64,000 bases of DNA from Phoronis australis (GCA_002633005.1 NMRA01000071.1:748449-812448), one strand, 5' to 3'. Positions 24,601-36,800 are shown, counted from the first letter of the stretch. Notes: a model not told the origin generated them from the sequence alone. A program made the numbers and translations.

Positions 24601-27600
24601 CTGGTAATGAGCAAAAAATGGAATTACGTCTTACTAACTTCCCCTTTGGAACAACGGAGGTTAGTTTACTGGTTTTCTTACTGTTCTATTTTGATGATTG
24701 TTTGTCAAGTTCAAATTGATGGCAAAATCTGAGAAGGAACATAATTACTAAGTCTTTTGAAAATTAGAGATTTTCACTTCAAATTGTTTCCAATGGTATA
24801 TCGTCCATTTTATTACATATATATTATTAGTTTTAGAAGACCATTATTGGTGAAGACCAAACTTGATGCATGAGGTAACACACTGGATTAAGTGACATGG
24901 TGGAGCCTAGTGTAGAAGGTTGGGTTAACTTGCTTGATGTTAGGGCTGTGTTGTTATGGAGATTGCCAAGTTAGAGGGATCATTTTAGAAACATGTGGGT
25001 ATGGGTGCATGTCCCACACGGCCTCAAGTCTATGGGCCAATTTGGAGGATCTTTGGGCCTTTGGATCAATTTAGTTTTTTATTCTTTGTCACTTCCAATT
25101 TCAATGGACCCTTTGGTCTTTGCTAAGCAACTAGAGTGTATCAGTGAAATTGCACATTCCCAAATGAATCCCCGAGTTAAATCAAAACATTTAAAATAGT
25201 TTGGAAGTGGATGTCCAGAGGTAATAGTTGTATTACCTTTAACAAGTCTTGATATAACTTAAGGCTTACTATTGATGTTCTTGTTTGTAGAGATCTCTGA
25301 TGGAACTTCTCCAGCGGTATAATGTGCTTAAAGTGAGAATAAAGAACAACGACAGTAAGCCGTGAGTATTAGTTTCATAATTATACAATATAGTGTGCAG
25401 TGAGTATTAGTTTCGTAATTATACAATAGAGTGTGCAGTGAGTATTAGTTTCATAATTATACAATAGAGTGTGCAGTGAGTATTAGTTTCATAATTATAC
25501 AATAGAGTGTGCAGTGAGTATTAGTTTCATAATTATACAGTAGAGTGTGCAGTGAGTATTAGTTTCATAATTATACAATAGAGTGGGCAGTGAGTATTAG
25601 TTTCATAATTATACAATAGAATGCGCAGTGAGGATTAGTTTCATAATTATACAGTAGAGTGCGCAGTGAGTAATAGTTTCATAATTATACAATAGAGTGT
25701 GCAGTGAGTATTAGTTTCATAATTACAATATAGTGTGCAGTGAGTATTAGTTTCATAATTATACAATGGAGTGCGCAGTGAGTATTAGTTTCATAATTAT
25801 ACATTATAGTGTGCAGTGAGTATTAATTTCATAATTATACAATAGAGTGCGCAGTGAGTATTAGTTTCATAATTATACAATACAGTGGGCAGTGAGTATT
25901 AGTTTCATAATTATACAATATAGTGTGCAGTGAGTATTAGTTTCACAATAGAGTGCGCAGTGAGGCTCACACAAGGGCATCCAAGTGTACATCCACCTCA
26001 AGCAAAACAACACTTATCTCTTTTGTTGGTGATAACGATTTTGCGAAAATGTCTGTTAAGATTTGTCAATTTTTTTCAAAACTGCTCTGCAGTTCAGCAG
26101 TAGGTTTATTACTGTGACTCGGTTCATCGCTCTTGTCGCTGTATGCATCCTACCATTTCAGAACAATCGCCTTCGCTGACTGCCTTGATCAAGCTTCTGC
26201 CAGTCAAGCCATCAGTGACCTCAATGGTTCTTACCACTGGGACAGACGGCTGTCAGTCAGCTATGGCAGTATACACTACAACCCTGAACGCGTCTCTCAA
26301 ACAGCTGGTCAGTTGATACACGAGTCTCGCTCTATAAACTTGACCTCTTTATGATGACATGGTTTATTTTCATTATGCCCATCTCTCTTTCTTGTAATTA
26401 TTGATTTGGACACATATCGTTCAATCTGTAATTAAAGTGTAATTATCTTTGTGATGTGTTTATATTGTTTGTTTATGTGTTATCGTCCACACGTGGCTGA
26501 GTAAATGTTGTATAAAGTAAACTTGAAAATATCAGTGTTTATCTTCACCTTTATCATCAAGGTGGCTTGTACGCCACTCTTGCTCTTGTCAGCCACCTCA
26601 TCATATGATGCCAAAAAATTGTAAACAAGTTCCAGATAACTCCTTCCCTACCTTCTATGTCCCTGACTCCTCCCCCTATTATGTGTCACTCCCATTGACA
26701 AGTGGTTATGAGCAGTGCTTCAACAATTCCCTTAAATCAAACACTATCTAGCATGTTATGATGGTCATCACTGAAAAGCAATATGTTGGAAAACCATGGT
26801 CACTGTGTGTGATATGTTATCTTATTGTTGGTCTGTATTCTTTCTTTCAGTTGAGAGCTTACAACCAGTAAGTCCCCATGTCGCTGGTCAACCCCTGCCC
26901 AACAGCCAAGTCAGCGCTTCGGTTGCCGATAAACCGACTCCTCCCCCCACATCCATTGACCCGCCCATTACCCCGCCCAGTGGGGTGGAGTGTCCAGCAG
27001 GCATGAAAAGCATGATACTACGTATGAAGACTCAAGGAATGCCTGCCCTCCCTGATAGCCTCACAGTATTGGTCACATCAGTTGTAGACAAGCATCACTT
27101 CTGGGGACACCTGCTGGACTTGGTGAGTATTCCAGTCATAATTGTAATAAAGATAATTCCAAAATAATGATTTTATAACTACCACTTTCAGCTTTTGTAT
27201 AACACAATCCATTTTTATTTAATTTTAACTATTAAGTTGTATCAGCAACATAGCGCAGTGCCCTTGTCACACAAGGTGGTGATGTTGTTACAGCAACACA
27301 GCACTGTGCCCTTGTCATACCTGGTGGTGATGTTGTTACAGCAACACAGTACTGTGCCCTTGTCATACCTGGTGGTGATGTTGCTACAGCAACACAGCAC
27401 TGTGCCCTTGTCATACCTGGTGGTGATGTTGTTACAGCAACATAGCACAGTGCCCTTGTCATACCTGGTGGTGATGTTGCTACAGCAACACAGCACTGTG
27501 CCCTTGTCATACCTGGTGGTGATGTTGCTACAGCAACACATCACTGTGCCCGTGTCATACCTGGTGGTGATGCCACTATGCACTTCTGTAAACTCTTTAC

Positions 27601-30042
27601 TTTTTGTGTATTTTATCCTATTTCATGTGCATAAAATGCAACTCATTTGTTTTCGTCCATTTCAGAGAGAAGGTTTGGAGAAGTTGTCCGATTTGATGAT
27701 GAAGATAGGTGCGCAAAGCCATCGTATTCCTCTGTCCGAGGGACAGAACAGATGTGCTGCACTGTATGAGGAGGAGTGGTGTAGGTGAGTAGGAGGGGCT
27801 TATAGAAGGAGGGATGCTTTTGTGGAGTGGGAGGGGCTTATTGAAGAAGGGATGCTTTTGTGGAGTGCAAGGGGCTTATAGAAGGAGGGATGCTGTTGGT
27901 GAGTAGAAAGGCTTGTAGAATCAGTAATGGTGTTTGTAAGTGGGAGGTTTTTATATATGAATGAATGGTGTTGAGTGAGAAGAGGAGCTTATAGAATGAG
28001 GACTAGCAAAGGTGAGTGGGAGGGCTTCCAGATGGAGGAATGGCATTCAGTAGTTGTCAAAATTAACTAGACAGACTTGGGAAGAGATCTGCCAGACTAT
28101 GATTCTTGAACAAACTTTACTTTTTTTTGAAAGAAGGCGAGTTAAAACAATCTTCTGACTGCATGTTCAATGGTTATGACGTATGGTGTTCTTCCACACA
28201 TTAAGTCTTATGATTACAGGGCTTGGATCAAGGAGTTCTTACCCAACAGTATGTACCGTGTGTTCTATCCAGATTATGGCAACACTGCTATAGTGAGCCT
28301 GGAGGAGATGTGTGAGATACCCAACAAATACTGGACACTGCCTCCCCAGGCTGTGCCCTTCAGGTCTGTAGGTGAGTCCACGTACTGGAAAATGTCTCCT
28401 CAGGTTTTGGCCTTTAGTACTGTAGGTGGATCCAGGTAGTGGAAACTGTCTCCTCAGGCTGTGCCCTTCAGTTCTGTAGGTGAGACCTTCCCTTCATATT
28501 GTAACAAGTCTTTAGGCATTGAAATCCACAATCTCTTACACCCATCTTTAAAATTCATTGTGTTGACTCGTGGCATCAGGTGTAAACATAATTTTGGTTT
28601 CTAATACAGCGAGTTAATGTTCATTACTGCAAATGATAAACGATGGATCAACACGAGTTCAGGGATTGATTCAACGACAGGATTTGCTGCCACTTGCCTG
28701 ATTTTACCGTTTCAATTTTGCCATTTTGCCATGACCTAAGAAGCGTGTACAGAAGCGTTGTTAAAAACCACCTCGCGTTGAGAACTTGTTTTCTTCACTA
28801 CTTGTTGGTCATGTTCACAGTTGTGATAGTACCTCATGGATTTGTACAAGAACTACTGCCACTAAGAAGTCTGTTTATCAACAATGCTCGTCTTTTATGT
28901 TGTGTGGAGTAGAGTGATTGCAGCATTAGCAATGGCTTCATGGCACTAAAACACTGACTGAGTTAGTTTGATATATCATGGATTAATGTATGAATAGTTA
29001 CTTATAGAAATGTTTGGCTTCTCAAATTATATTCCTCCTAAATAGTTAGCTTAGTTTTGTGTTAACCTGGAGACACACGATAATCTTTAGCCAAAATATA
29101 TGCGTTATGTTTTTGTTCTCTGGTACTTGATGGTGAAACAAATTCTTTTTGGTTTTAGTAACTGTTTGAACGGTGGTAGATAATTGGCCTGCGAGTCATG
29201 ATATTGTAAATGCTTAACAATGGACTAGATTGATATTTAGATAGCCTCAGTTTGGAAACCATTGCCATCTGGAGTTGAAAGGAGATTATGTGTTTATATT
29301 ATGCAGCAAGTCTCGCAACTATGCATGACAAGGAGGTCAACTCCATGACAAGGAGGTCAACTCGATGACAAGGAGGTCAACTCCATGACAAGGAGGTCAA
29401 CTCGATGACAAGGTCAACTCCATGACAAGGAGGTCAACTCCATGACAAGGAGGTCAACTCCATGACAAGGAGGTCAACTCCATGACAAGGAGGTCAACTC
29501 CATGACTGCAGCATCCTAATTGATATGATTACGCATCCTTCTCGTGACGTTGAAAAGTAATGTACCGGTATTTTGTTTCAGTTGCCAAGGACGACATGCC
29601 TAATGTTGAAAACACCATCATAGTGGTGAAGAAGGTCAAGAACAACTTAGCAGATAAAGAGGTAGGCACAGTAGGAAAGCACGTCTTAATAACAATATAA
29701 ATACTTCGCAGACAGTAAGCTAGGTGGCGCCACATTCAGTTTGGCATCTGCATGTAATGAGAGTGCTCACAATGCCGTCAGACAAACGAGTTCCCACAAG
29801 ACCAGTGTTCCGGCCACTAATAATAGTCAACATGATCCTATCAAAGTAGACTGAGCTCAATGATCTAAGAATTAAGTCACAGGCAAGCAGACCAGTACCA
29901 TGACAATCTTTATTTTCTAAGTAATGTTTAAGAAGAATTCAACTAAGCTGTGCAGTGCTTGATTTACTTTCTGACAGACAGCTAATGGATTGATAACATT
30001 ATCTTATTTTTCTCTTTTTAGCCAATTGAGGTGCATTTTTAG
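15645..30042 (+). CDS. LOTUS (OST-HTH) + 3 RRM + extended Tudor protein, TDRD10-like Tudor; about 825 aa, 19 coding exons
   Basis: Exons: 15645-15844, 16292-16437, 17267-17364, 17680-17738, 18232-18437, 19218-19396, 19633-19703, 21526-21755, 22338-22520, 23302-23325, 23644-23784, 24580-24659, 25291-25361, 26162-26307, 26851-27122, 27666-27784, 28220-28371, 29582-29661, 30022-30042 (TAG); total 2478 nt, open frame, all GT-AG. LOTUS: VQKEVRAVLLSKIGGVPLKQFNNDFKSLIGHPFNWRGLGFSSLIDCVKAMPNVIR. RRMs: YAVCMK..YVFIRY; KLFLGNIP..YAYAY..FNGLKFEGRRLKV; LRLTNFP..IAFADC..LNGSYHWDRRLSV. Tudor: VLVTSVVDKHHFWG..RCAALYEEEWCRAWI..YRVFYPDYGN..YWTLPPQAVPF. The linker exons are the least certain. Confidence 0.88.
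17853..17936. repeat. 20-bp minisatellite x4
   Basis: TACTTCTGCCTGTAAGGGCA units. Confidence 0.95.
18620..18770. repeat. 50-bp tandem repeat x3
   Basis: GTCTCCATTGCACCACATTCACACAGCATTTTGTCCCTTGCAGTTCTCTT units. Confidence 0.95.
19868..21202 (+). mobile_element. Helentron-associated non-autonomous element (HINE/DINE-1-like), intronic
   Basis: T-rich insertion site; 5' inverted repeat ATGCACCCATATA..TATATGTGGATGCAT; GTCY microsatellite; internal degenerate ~145-bp repeats (TGAAATTTGG..CCTAGTGGC) in ~440-bp higher order; 3' hairpin CAACGCTCTGCGTTG followed by CTCTTGTTT. Confidence 0.75.
21338..21452. repeat. 15-bp minisatellite, about 7 copies
   Basis: TGCAGTACTGTGCTA units decaying toward the 3' end. 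Confidence 0.9.
22765..23095 (-). mobile_element. tRNA-derived SINE (degenerate)
   Basis: Minus-strand head GGAGAGACTGTGGTGCAGTGG (A box) ... GGTTTGAATCCTGCC (B box) followed by a non-tRNA body; 3' boundary approximate. Confidence 0.6.
25362..25965. repeat. 38-bp minisatellite, about 16 copies, starting exactly at a splice donor
   Basis: GTGAGTATTAGTTTCATAATTATACAATAGAGTGTGCA; the first GT is the donor of exon 25291-25361. Confidence 0.97.
27243..27572. repeat. 45-bp minisatellite, about 7 copies (intronic; explains spurious ORFs)
   Basis: CAGCAACACAGCACTGTGCCCTTGTCATACCTGGTGGTGATGTTGYTA-type units. Confidence 0.95.
27765..28050. repeat. Degenerate ~40-bp purine-rich repeat derived from the exon end and donor
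   Basis: GAGTRGGAGGGGCTTATAGAAGGAGGGATGCTTTTGTG units decaying away from the donor at 27785. Confidence 0.7.
28342..28487. repeat. Triplicated exon 3' end (~55-bp unit) including the donor
   Basis: CC.CAGGCTGTGCCCTTCAG.TCTGTAGGTGAG at about 28344, 28397 (diverged) and 28452. Confidence 0.85.
29324..29506. repeat. 20-bp minisatellite x9
   Basis: CATGACAAGGAGGTCAACTC units. Confidence 0.95.
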
Positions 30043-32723
30043 CCGGAATATTCCGTAGCACAGAAGTCACCTGCTGCTCTGTAGGATCTTCATTGACGCA
30101 ATACTTGGAAGCCACAACTTGTTGATCATAATGAGAGGTCATGTGATCTGTTGTTCTTTATGATATAGCGAGATATATATTGCCGATGGCTAAGTGTGCC
30201 TAAGTGTAGTCGCTCTATCTGTCTCATACCCACCTTGTATTTTGCCCATACCAACCACGGTCTTATGTCTGACTGTTCAGCATTCTTAAAGGAAGACCTT
30301 TGCTCGGATATTTGTAAAGTGGTTGATAACCACAAAAAATGTGGTGTTAAGAAGAAAATAAACATGCACTTGTAGTCCTGTGATTGTTGTGCATCAAAAT
30401 TTTGCCTTTTCCTGTTAAACTCGGTGTTCATGAACACCATCTTGATATCTTTTGACATGTTTGTGTTCACTGCTGCCTTGAACACATTGAGTAGTCTGCA
30501 TTGTGACAACTTTTGTGAACTCATTAGAAGTGTGCCTGTGATGAACCATGTGTGTGTGTGGAAACATGATAAGCTAGCCAGATATACTGGACAGCCCTCA
30601 ACATGTTGAAGTGTTGGGCTAGGTTGGTGCTGGCTAATGTGTCTTCAGTCATGTTTCATCAACTTGATGTGTTGTCCAAGTTAAACATTTAGCATCATGG
30701 CCATGTTCCACACAATATAATTCACCTCCCACTGTGTCTTCAAAGGTTGAAGATGAAAGGTCAATACAGGAAGACTCAACAGAGTTAGTGGTGACCAGTG
30801 ATTGATGTATCCCTTTATAGTAGGCTATATATGATAACTATTGTTCAATGGCTGTTATGTGTTATATAATAAGACATCCAGTGATCTGTTCTGGTCATTA
30901 TATTCACTAATATCCTCTGTAGCCTCTTTTTAATAAGCATCAGTACATTTTTCACATGCCCTCGGATCTAATTCAGGTAGAGATTTCACAAATGAACAGT
31001 TTTCCATGCTGGATGAAAGCTTTATCTTGTGATCTTGTGAAAAAGGGATTTTTAACTACTAGATAGTCTGTGGTAGGTGATTCTCACCTACACTGATGTT
31101 TGCACAGTACTTGGACATGGGAGATAACTCCTGAAGATTGATGTTTTATGACAGTGCAATGTCTTGAGAGATAAAGTTTCCTGTTGTCATTACAATATTA
31201 CCAGTAGCATTCATTGAAGGTATGCATAATGCAGTCTTTGCACATTTAGTGCTTCTTGTAAGTGTTCATGTATACCACTGGATGAGAAATGCTGTAATCT
31301 CTATAGTACAGTTCTTATGATAATTATGCAGCATTTCAAGCAGATGTTTGTATGTGGGAACTAATGGTGATACCAAGTCATGTTTTGGAGCATACTCTGA
31401 ATGAGGTGTGAAGTTGCACCTAGTATATGACTTGGTTTGAGAAAGAAAATCTTTAGCTCTTTGAACATTGCCTCTGAGGCACTGCAGTCCCTGCACCATT
31501 GCCAATAGATGGCGCTGTTATTGGTGCACGAAACTATTATTGATATGTCACTGCTGTTTCAGCCATTATGATGTTTGTCTGTGTTTGTTTGTAGCTAAGT
31601 TTGTTTTTAACATATGCTTAGTATGCCAGGTGTTTACTAAAGCTCTGAATCACTTGGTTGGGCCTCCCTACTATAATGTGCTTTCTGCATTGGTGTTAGA
31701 TTCTTTGTAATATCTAGTTGCCAAAAGATGGTATATAATATGGTTCTGGAAAAAGTCTTGTAGAAGAGTATGTGTGCCCAGTTCTTCTTGAGATTTGTGC
31801 ATGTGTCCCACTTGACTTCTGTCTTTCTCATTCCCAGTACTGTTGGCACCAGGAAGGGAGAGTTATGATTCAGAGTCACCTCTCTTTACAACTTCTATGA
31901 TTTTATTACATTAAAGGCTTGCATGTTGCACACTTGACCCCGCACCCCACCCTGTGCAAATGCCTGCATTCTTGCTTAATTGTCTCACTCTTTAGGCCTT
32001 GTTTTCCTTGTCTTCTGGCCTGAAATTAGTGACAATTTGTTTTTACGTTTTGAAGGAGACACATAGTAACTGCTGTCTCTGACTGTTCTGTGCATTAGCT
32101 TTTAGCTGTTGACCAAGTTTGATCTATAATCTTGACAGCTATAGGTTGCATGGATTTTCCTTGACTGCCTTTTTTCCACCTCTTTCTGATGTTCTGGGAC
32201 TGTGAGAGTCACAGTCAGTTAAAGAATATGCAATTATTATTGTCTTACAAGAGAGTCTACCTTCTGTTATTCTCGGGTCACTGCTACACATTGTGCAGAT
32301 TCTCCAGGCTGTGCGTGTGCGACCCCTGTTGACAAATTTGGATTATGCTTCAGCTATGATTCTGCAGCTGCTCTATGTATCTGTATTTGTTTTTGTTTTG
32401 CTCTTGCAGACCGAGCAGGTTGAGCAAAATCTCAACCCTTCTTAAATCTTGCCTTGATAGTTCTAGTGCCCGGTTACCATTAGAATAAGTTCATATAAGT
32501 CTTGATTGACATACATCTATGGAAGTCTTTAATTAATAAGTTAACTAAAATTGTCCATACCTTGTTACGGCATGTTTTGTTTGTTTTTTAAATACTCTTT
32601 CTAGAAACTCTTGTTGAAGTAGTCTCAAGCCAAAGGAGCTATTGATATCAGGTTTGGAAATTCGAACTACCTTTCTTATTGAAGTCATGGATTAAATTGA
32701 TGTTTGTATTTCTTTTCTTGGTG

Positions 32724-32729
32724 AATAAA
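32724..32729 (+). terminator. Candidate poly(A) signal ending a ~2.7-kb 3' UTR
   Basis: AATAAA followed by a T/GT-rich downstream tract (TTTTTCTTGACTTTGTATTGTTTT). Confidence 0.55.
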
Positions 32730-33861
32730 GTCTGTTTGAAATCTCCCATTTTTCTTGACTTTGTATTGTTTTCAAACATTAGGGTTGACGATGAGTGATT
32801 AAATTATGACCGCAATTAACCTCACACCATGAAGACTTTCCAGTTTCCTTGATGTGTGTGCCTCCATTTTGTACTGACCAAAATATATTTTTTGACAACA
32901 GACGTCACGGTGTGATGTGGCTTGATGATGTAAGCATTAAATGATTTGTGCACTTATCAAGCCTTGTGGTCTCGCCCCCTCTTACGGCAAACTATAGCAA
33001 TGGCGTCAGATTCGTAAACCATTGTTTTTGTCAGCACTATATCTCTTCACGAAAACCACGTACCCAGTGGACTTCATAAATGCTTTTACGGGAAGATTCA
33101 AAGTCGCCGGTTACTTGATTTATTCGTGACTTCGGATTGACCCATAACGCTTTAACACCGCGTGGGGCGCTGACGCTGAAACCTACCCAGTAACCCAAAC
33201 ATCCCTCAGAGTGACCTGTAAATAACATGCCTCTCCTATTAACATATATATGAGTAAAGTAATAAATAAGCTTTGATTAAAAAAAATCCCAGCATGCTCT
33301 GCTGGTTAAACAATGGTACCGGTATGTAATTTAAAGCGCACATAAAACCCAGTTGGTCGAAGAAACTTAACTTATTAATTACCACCATTAAGCTGGTAAA
33401 GATGTGTTTCTGGCTCAACCAGAGGAGAAATGGGTTTGGCCTTGCATAGAACTGGCTGCTTGTCCAATAAAGGCCTTGGTCTCGCTGATCAATAGTGACT
33501 GGCTCACGGTCAGGTCGTTCCACCTCGTCCAGAAATCACCCACTTACATGTACCAGCAAACTAACATTTTGAGACGAATGCCAAGTTATCTGAGTTTTGT
33601 GATGGAAAGTGGGTTTATATAATATGTAGCTGGTTCACTTAAAACAAAGTTTCTACATCTGGGAAACGTTTGAAACGACGTCACATGTTTCACAGACTAT
33701 CTTGGACATCTAGAGCACTTGGAGTATTTAAATTGTGCTCAAGATCGCGATCATCGGTATGGAACTGTGTCCTCCCATAGTACTCAAAGGGCCTCTTGAC
33801 TGGCAGGTGGCCCGTGTTTCTCGGTCATATTCCAAAGTGTCGCTCTCCACCAGGCTACTTT

Positions 33862-36800
33862 TCACACGAGGGTAGACAGTTCACTATCGTTGAGTTTCTT
33901 TCCTTCATAACCTACCGAAAGTGATATGTTTGCGCGTGTTTTTTCACGCCTCCAATAGTAGATACTCTGAATGACTGACGCTATACAGAAGATTACGCCA
34001 CATCCGGTGATTGTCATGGATATAATAGCGGGCGTGCTGGAGAACTCCATCATCATGTAGAATAACAAACCTGGAATATAAATATCTTTAAGTTACACAG
34101 GGCCCTACCGTATTGTTACTTGCATACGTGAAAGGTTACGAAACTGCGCGAACCTGGACCTGCCCTGTACAGGGGCGGGTCCAGGATTTTGTGTTAGGGA
34201 CAACCAGGGCAGAGTATTAGCCAGGATCGTTGCCCGTCACACATTTGTACTCAGAAACTTCCAAGTGGAATATGGAAAAATTTTAGGGGGGCATGGCCCC
34301 CTTGCCCCCGTCTTAAGCCGCCACTGCTGTATCCGACTAACATAGGTACATGTACGTAGCCGGGCTACGTGCGTCGTCACTTGAAACGAGGCGCCGAAAC
34401 TGTCGGAGAGAGAAGTGACAGGCATTGATTTCCATGTTGAACAAACAACGGCAAGAATCAGGAAATTTGTAATAAAATCACAAAATGGAAACCGATTTTG
34501 TTGCTTCATAGCCATGAACAGTCAGCTATATGAGTTCAAGTGTATCCGCCATCAAACAATAATCATAAATTTTCAGCCGCAAAACATCATTGTACCTTTA
34601 AAGCGCCGACTATCTGTATCTTCCGTCAAAGGAGCATTAATTTAAATAATAACTAATTCATATGAACAAGTATTGAGGTATCATGTGAACTTACTTATCA
34701 GGTAGGCAGGTATCGATACGAAGAAGCCCGAAACGGCTATGAAGCGAACGGAGGCAGACGACTTGAGGTAGTCGAGGGCTCTGAAAAGTAGTCACACGCA
34801 CTTTGATTGCCGTCTCTATGTGGATTGGTGCTTTGTCATCAAACTTCGTGATCGAACATGGCAGATTAAAACCAAGAGCATCCAAGAGTTTCCCAACATG
34901 CCGCATATGCTTAGCAAACAATAAAAATCATGGCCTATATTCTTATAAGGGGTGCGTTAGTCAGATCCATTTGAAAACCAACGTTAGTTGTGCTCCTCTC
35001 AACATGTATAGAAACGCTTGCGTCAAATTTTGTGAAGATCCACTGAGAACTTTTAGTAGTTATTAAGGCAGAAACATTGACAATTTGTCATGAGGGGACG
35101 CCGTAGTAGTCATGCACATATACCCTCCGGCGCAGCGCCACCTTCACTGAAATGTGAGCCTACAGTACATTTCATTATATGGCACTGTGAAAGAGTGTAA
35201 TTTGTCCAAAAATCAACACCAAGTGCTGAAAGAACTGGATATCGCGGAAGCAGCGAAGAAAATCAACTTAGCCACTCAGGATCGAGCACCACTTGTAAAT
35301 TCAGTTAAAACTTCAAAAGCGGTTGTGCTCTCTTCGTGAAGATAGAGACTGGCCAATAAGATTAAGTTTAAGCGGAGGCCGGCATTTGAAAACAGGGCAA
35401 TCCCCTATGACTGGGGAGGGGGAAGGGGAGGCGCCGTAGTTGGAACTGTCCGGAAATCAGCTACAGAGTGGGCTGTCCTCAATTTTATTACACATGCCGA
35501 ATTTCATTTCACGTAAATTCATTCCGACACTCATTACCATGCATCGTCAGTTTCACACCAGCCAAAGATCTCATTACGATCAGCCAAAGATCTCATTACG
35601 ATTCTTAGAAGAAGCGGAGATACAGAACCGTGATGTACCAAACGACCGGTCACCGATATGCACCCACGTGCGTATAGACGCGCAATAAACAATGGTGGTA
35701 GCATGCACTGAACATCGTGTTGAATATCAATGACGCTGACATTTACCATTTTAGCAACTTTCTTATTTCGGACCCCACTCGACACTGTTGATGTGTGCTA
35801 ACTCGGGTAAATGTCTTCACAACTCTTAATCTTCCAAAAGTACCACGCGGACCAATTTTCATCCGCATTATGCATTGTTAAAGTTGCATACGTCACTCGC
35901 AGTAAACTATATTGGGAAAACAGCTAATGTATATTGACATTCCTGAATCCTGCACTAACCGGTGACTTCAAACAACAGGAAGGGCTGTGTTCGTTGGCAG
36001 GTGACCATGGGTGTTATTAGAACAGATGAGAATCAAGAGCTCTACGGTGGACTTCTCTTCTAGGATGGAAATTACCGTCGGAGTTCTCGGTGTGTTACAA
36101 CATACTGGAAGCCTGTGCATCAATGGTTATTAACGTAAGTGGACGCATCAGTATATATGGTACACCGTGAAGCCGCCTCGTCTGCTTGCCTTGATTCGGT
36201 CGGACCACTTTGTGTTGTGAAAGATATACATGTACTTCGAGATGCAACCTGTCTCCAGAAATCGATATTTTGGTCTCTTAAGAGCGGCTCCGGTATGAAA
36301 ATATATAACAATTGGATTCATGAAGATGTTTCGTAACGTAGTTGTATTATGAAAGGATTTTATTACCATATCTTTTACTCACGTGACCTTAATGGATATT
36401 CCCAGGGAATTCATAGAAATTTGAAGTACGCATAAATGTAAAAAAATATGGTGTTGCCTTAATCATGTCCATCCGTGCGCCCCCCCCCCGCCCTTTACCC
36501 CAGGGTCGTATGCAAATTGTTTCTATTTTACAGGTTCGGTCAGCCTTAGCCACTCACCACGATCTAAGCAAAGGTCACGCGTCTAACGAAATACTGACGT
36601 AATTTGGCGGCACGTTATCAGGTCTGGAGTAATTGTCGAAAATACGCAGTTGCCGTTAAATATTGCGGACGGACTAGGCAAATCGATCCATTCCATTACG
36701 CATTGGAACTACCAAAAGTAAAGTTATGAATTGCAAAACCTCAGGCCAGTTCCACGATGTCTTTGACTGTTCCGACGTATCTGTAAATACTGGTTGCCGG

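Noticed and set aside
25362-25965. CRISPR-like regular array
   Set aside because: Units are contiguous and near-identical with no unique spacers, no cas genes are present, and the array lies in a eukaryotic intron.
27195-27660. Repetitive ORFs on both strands (QQHSTVPLSYLVVMLL; CCC-rich)
   Set aside because: By-product of the intronic 45-bp minisatellite; the flanking Tudor exons splice around it in frame.
29307-29335. Candidate microexon at the start of the 20-bp repeat
   Set aside because: It would end in phase 0 and put the next exon into a frame with a stop; 28371 joins 29582 directly in phase 1.
33030-33230. U3 snoRNA-like GAAAACCACG motif
   Set aside because: Only a 10-nt match; the other U3 boxes were not found.
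36064-36134. Plus-strand exon-like segment (AG..GTAAGT) antisense within a TMEM221 intron
   Set aside because: No partner exons or recognisable product; cannot be distinguished from chance.
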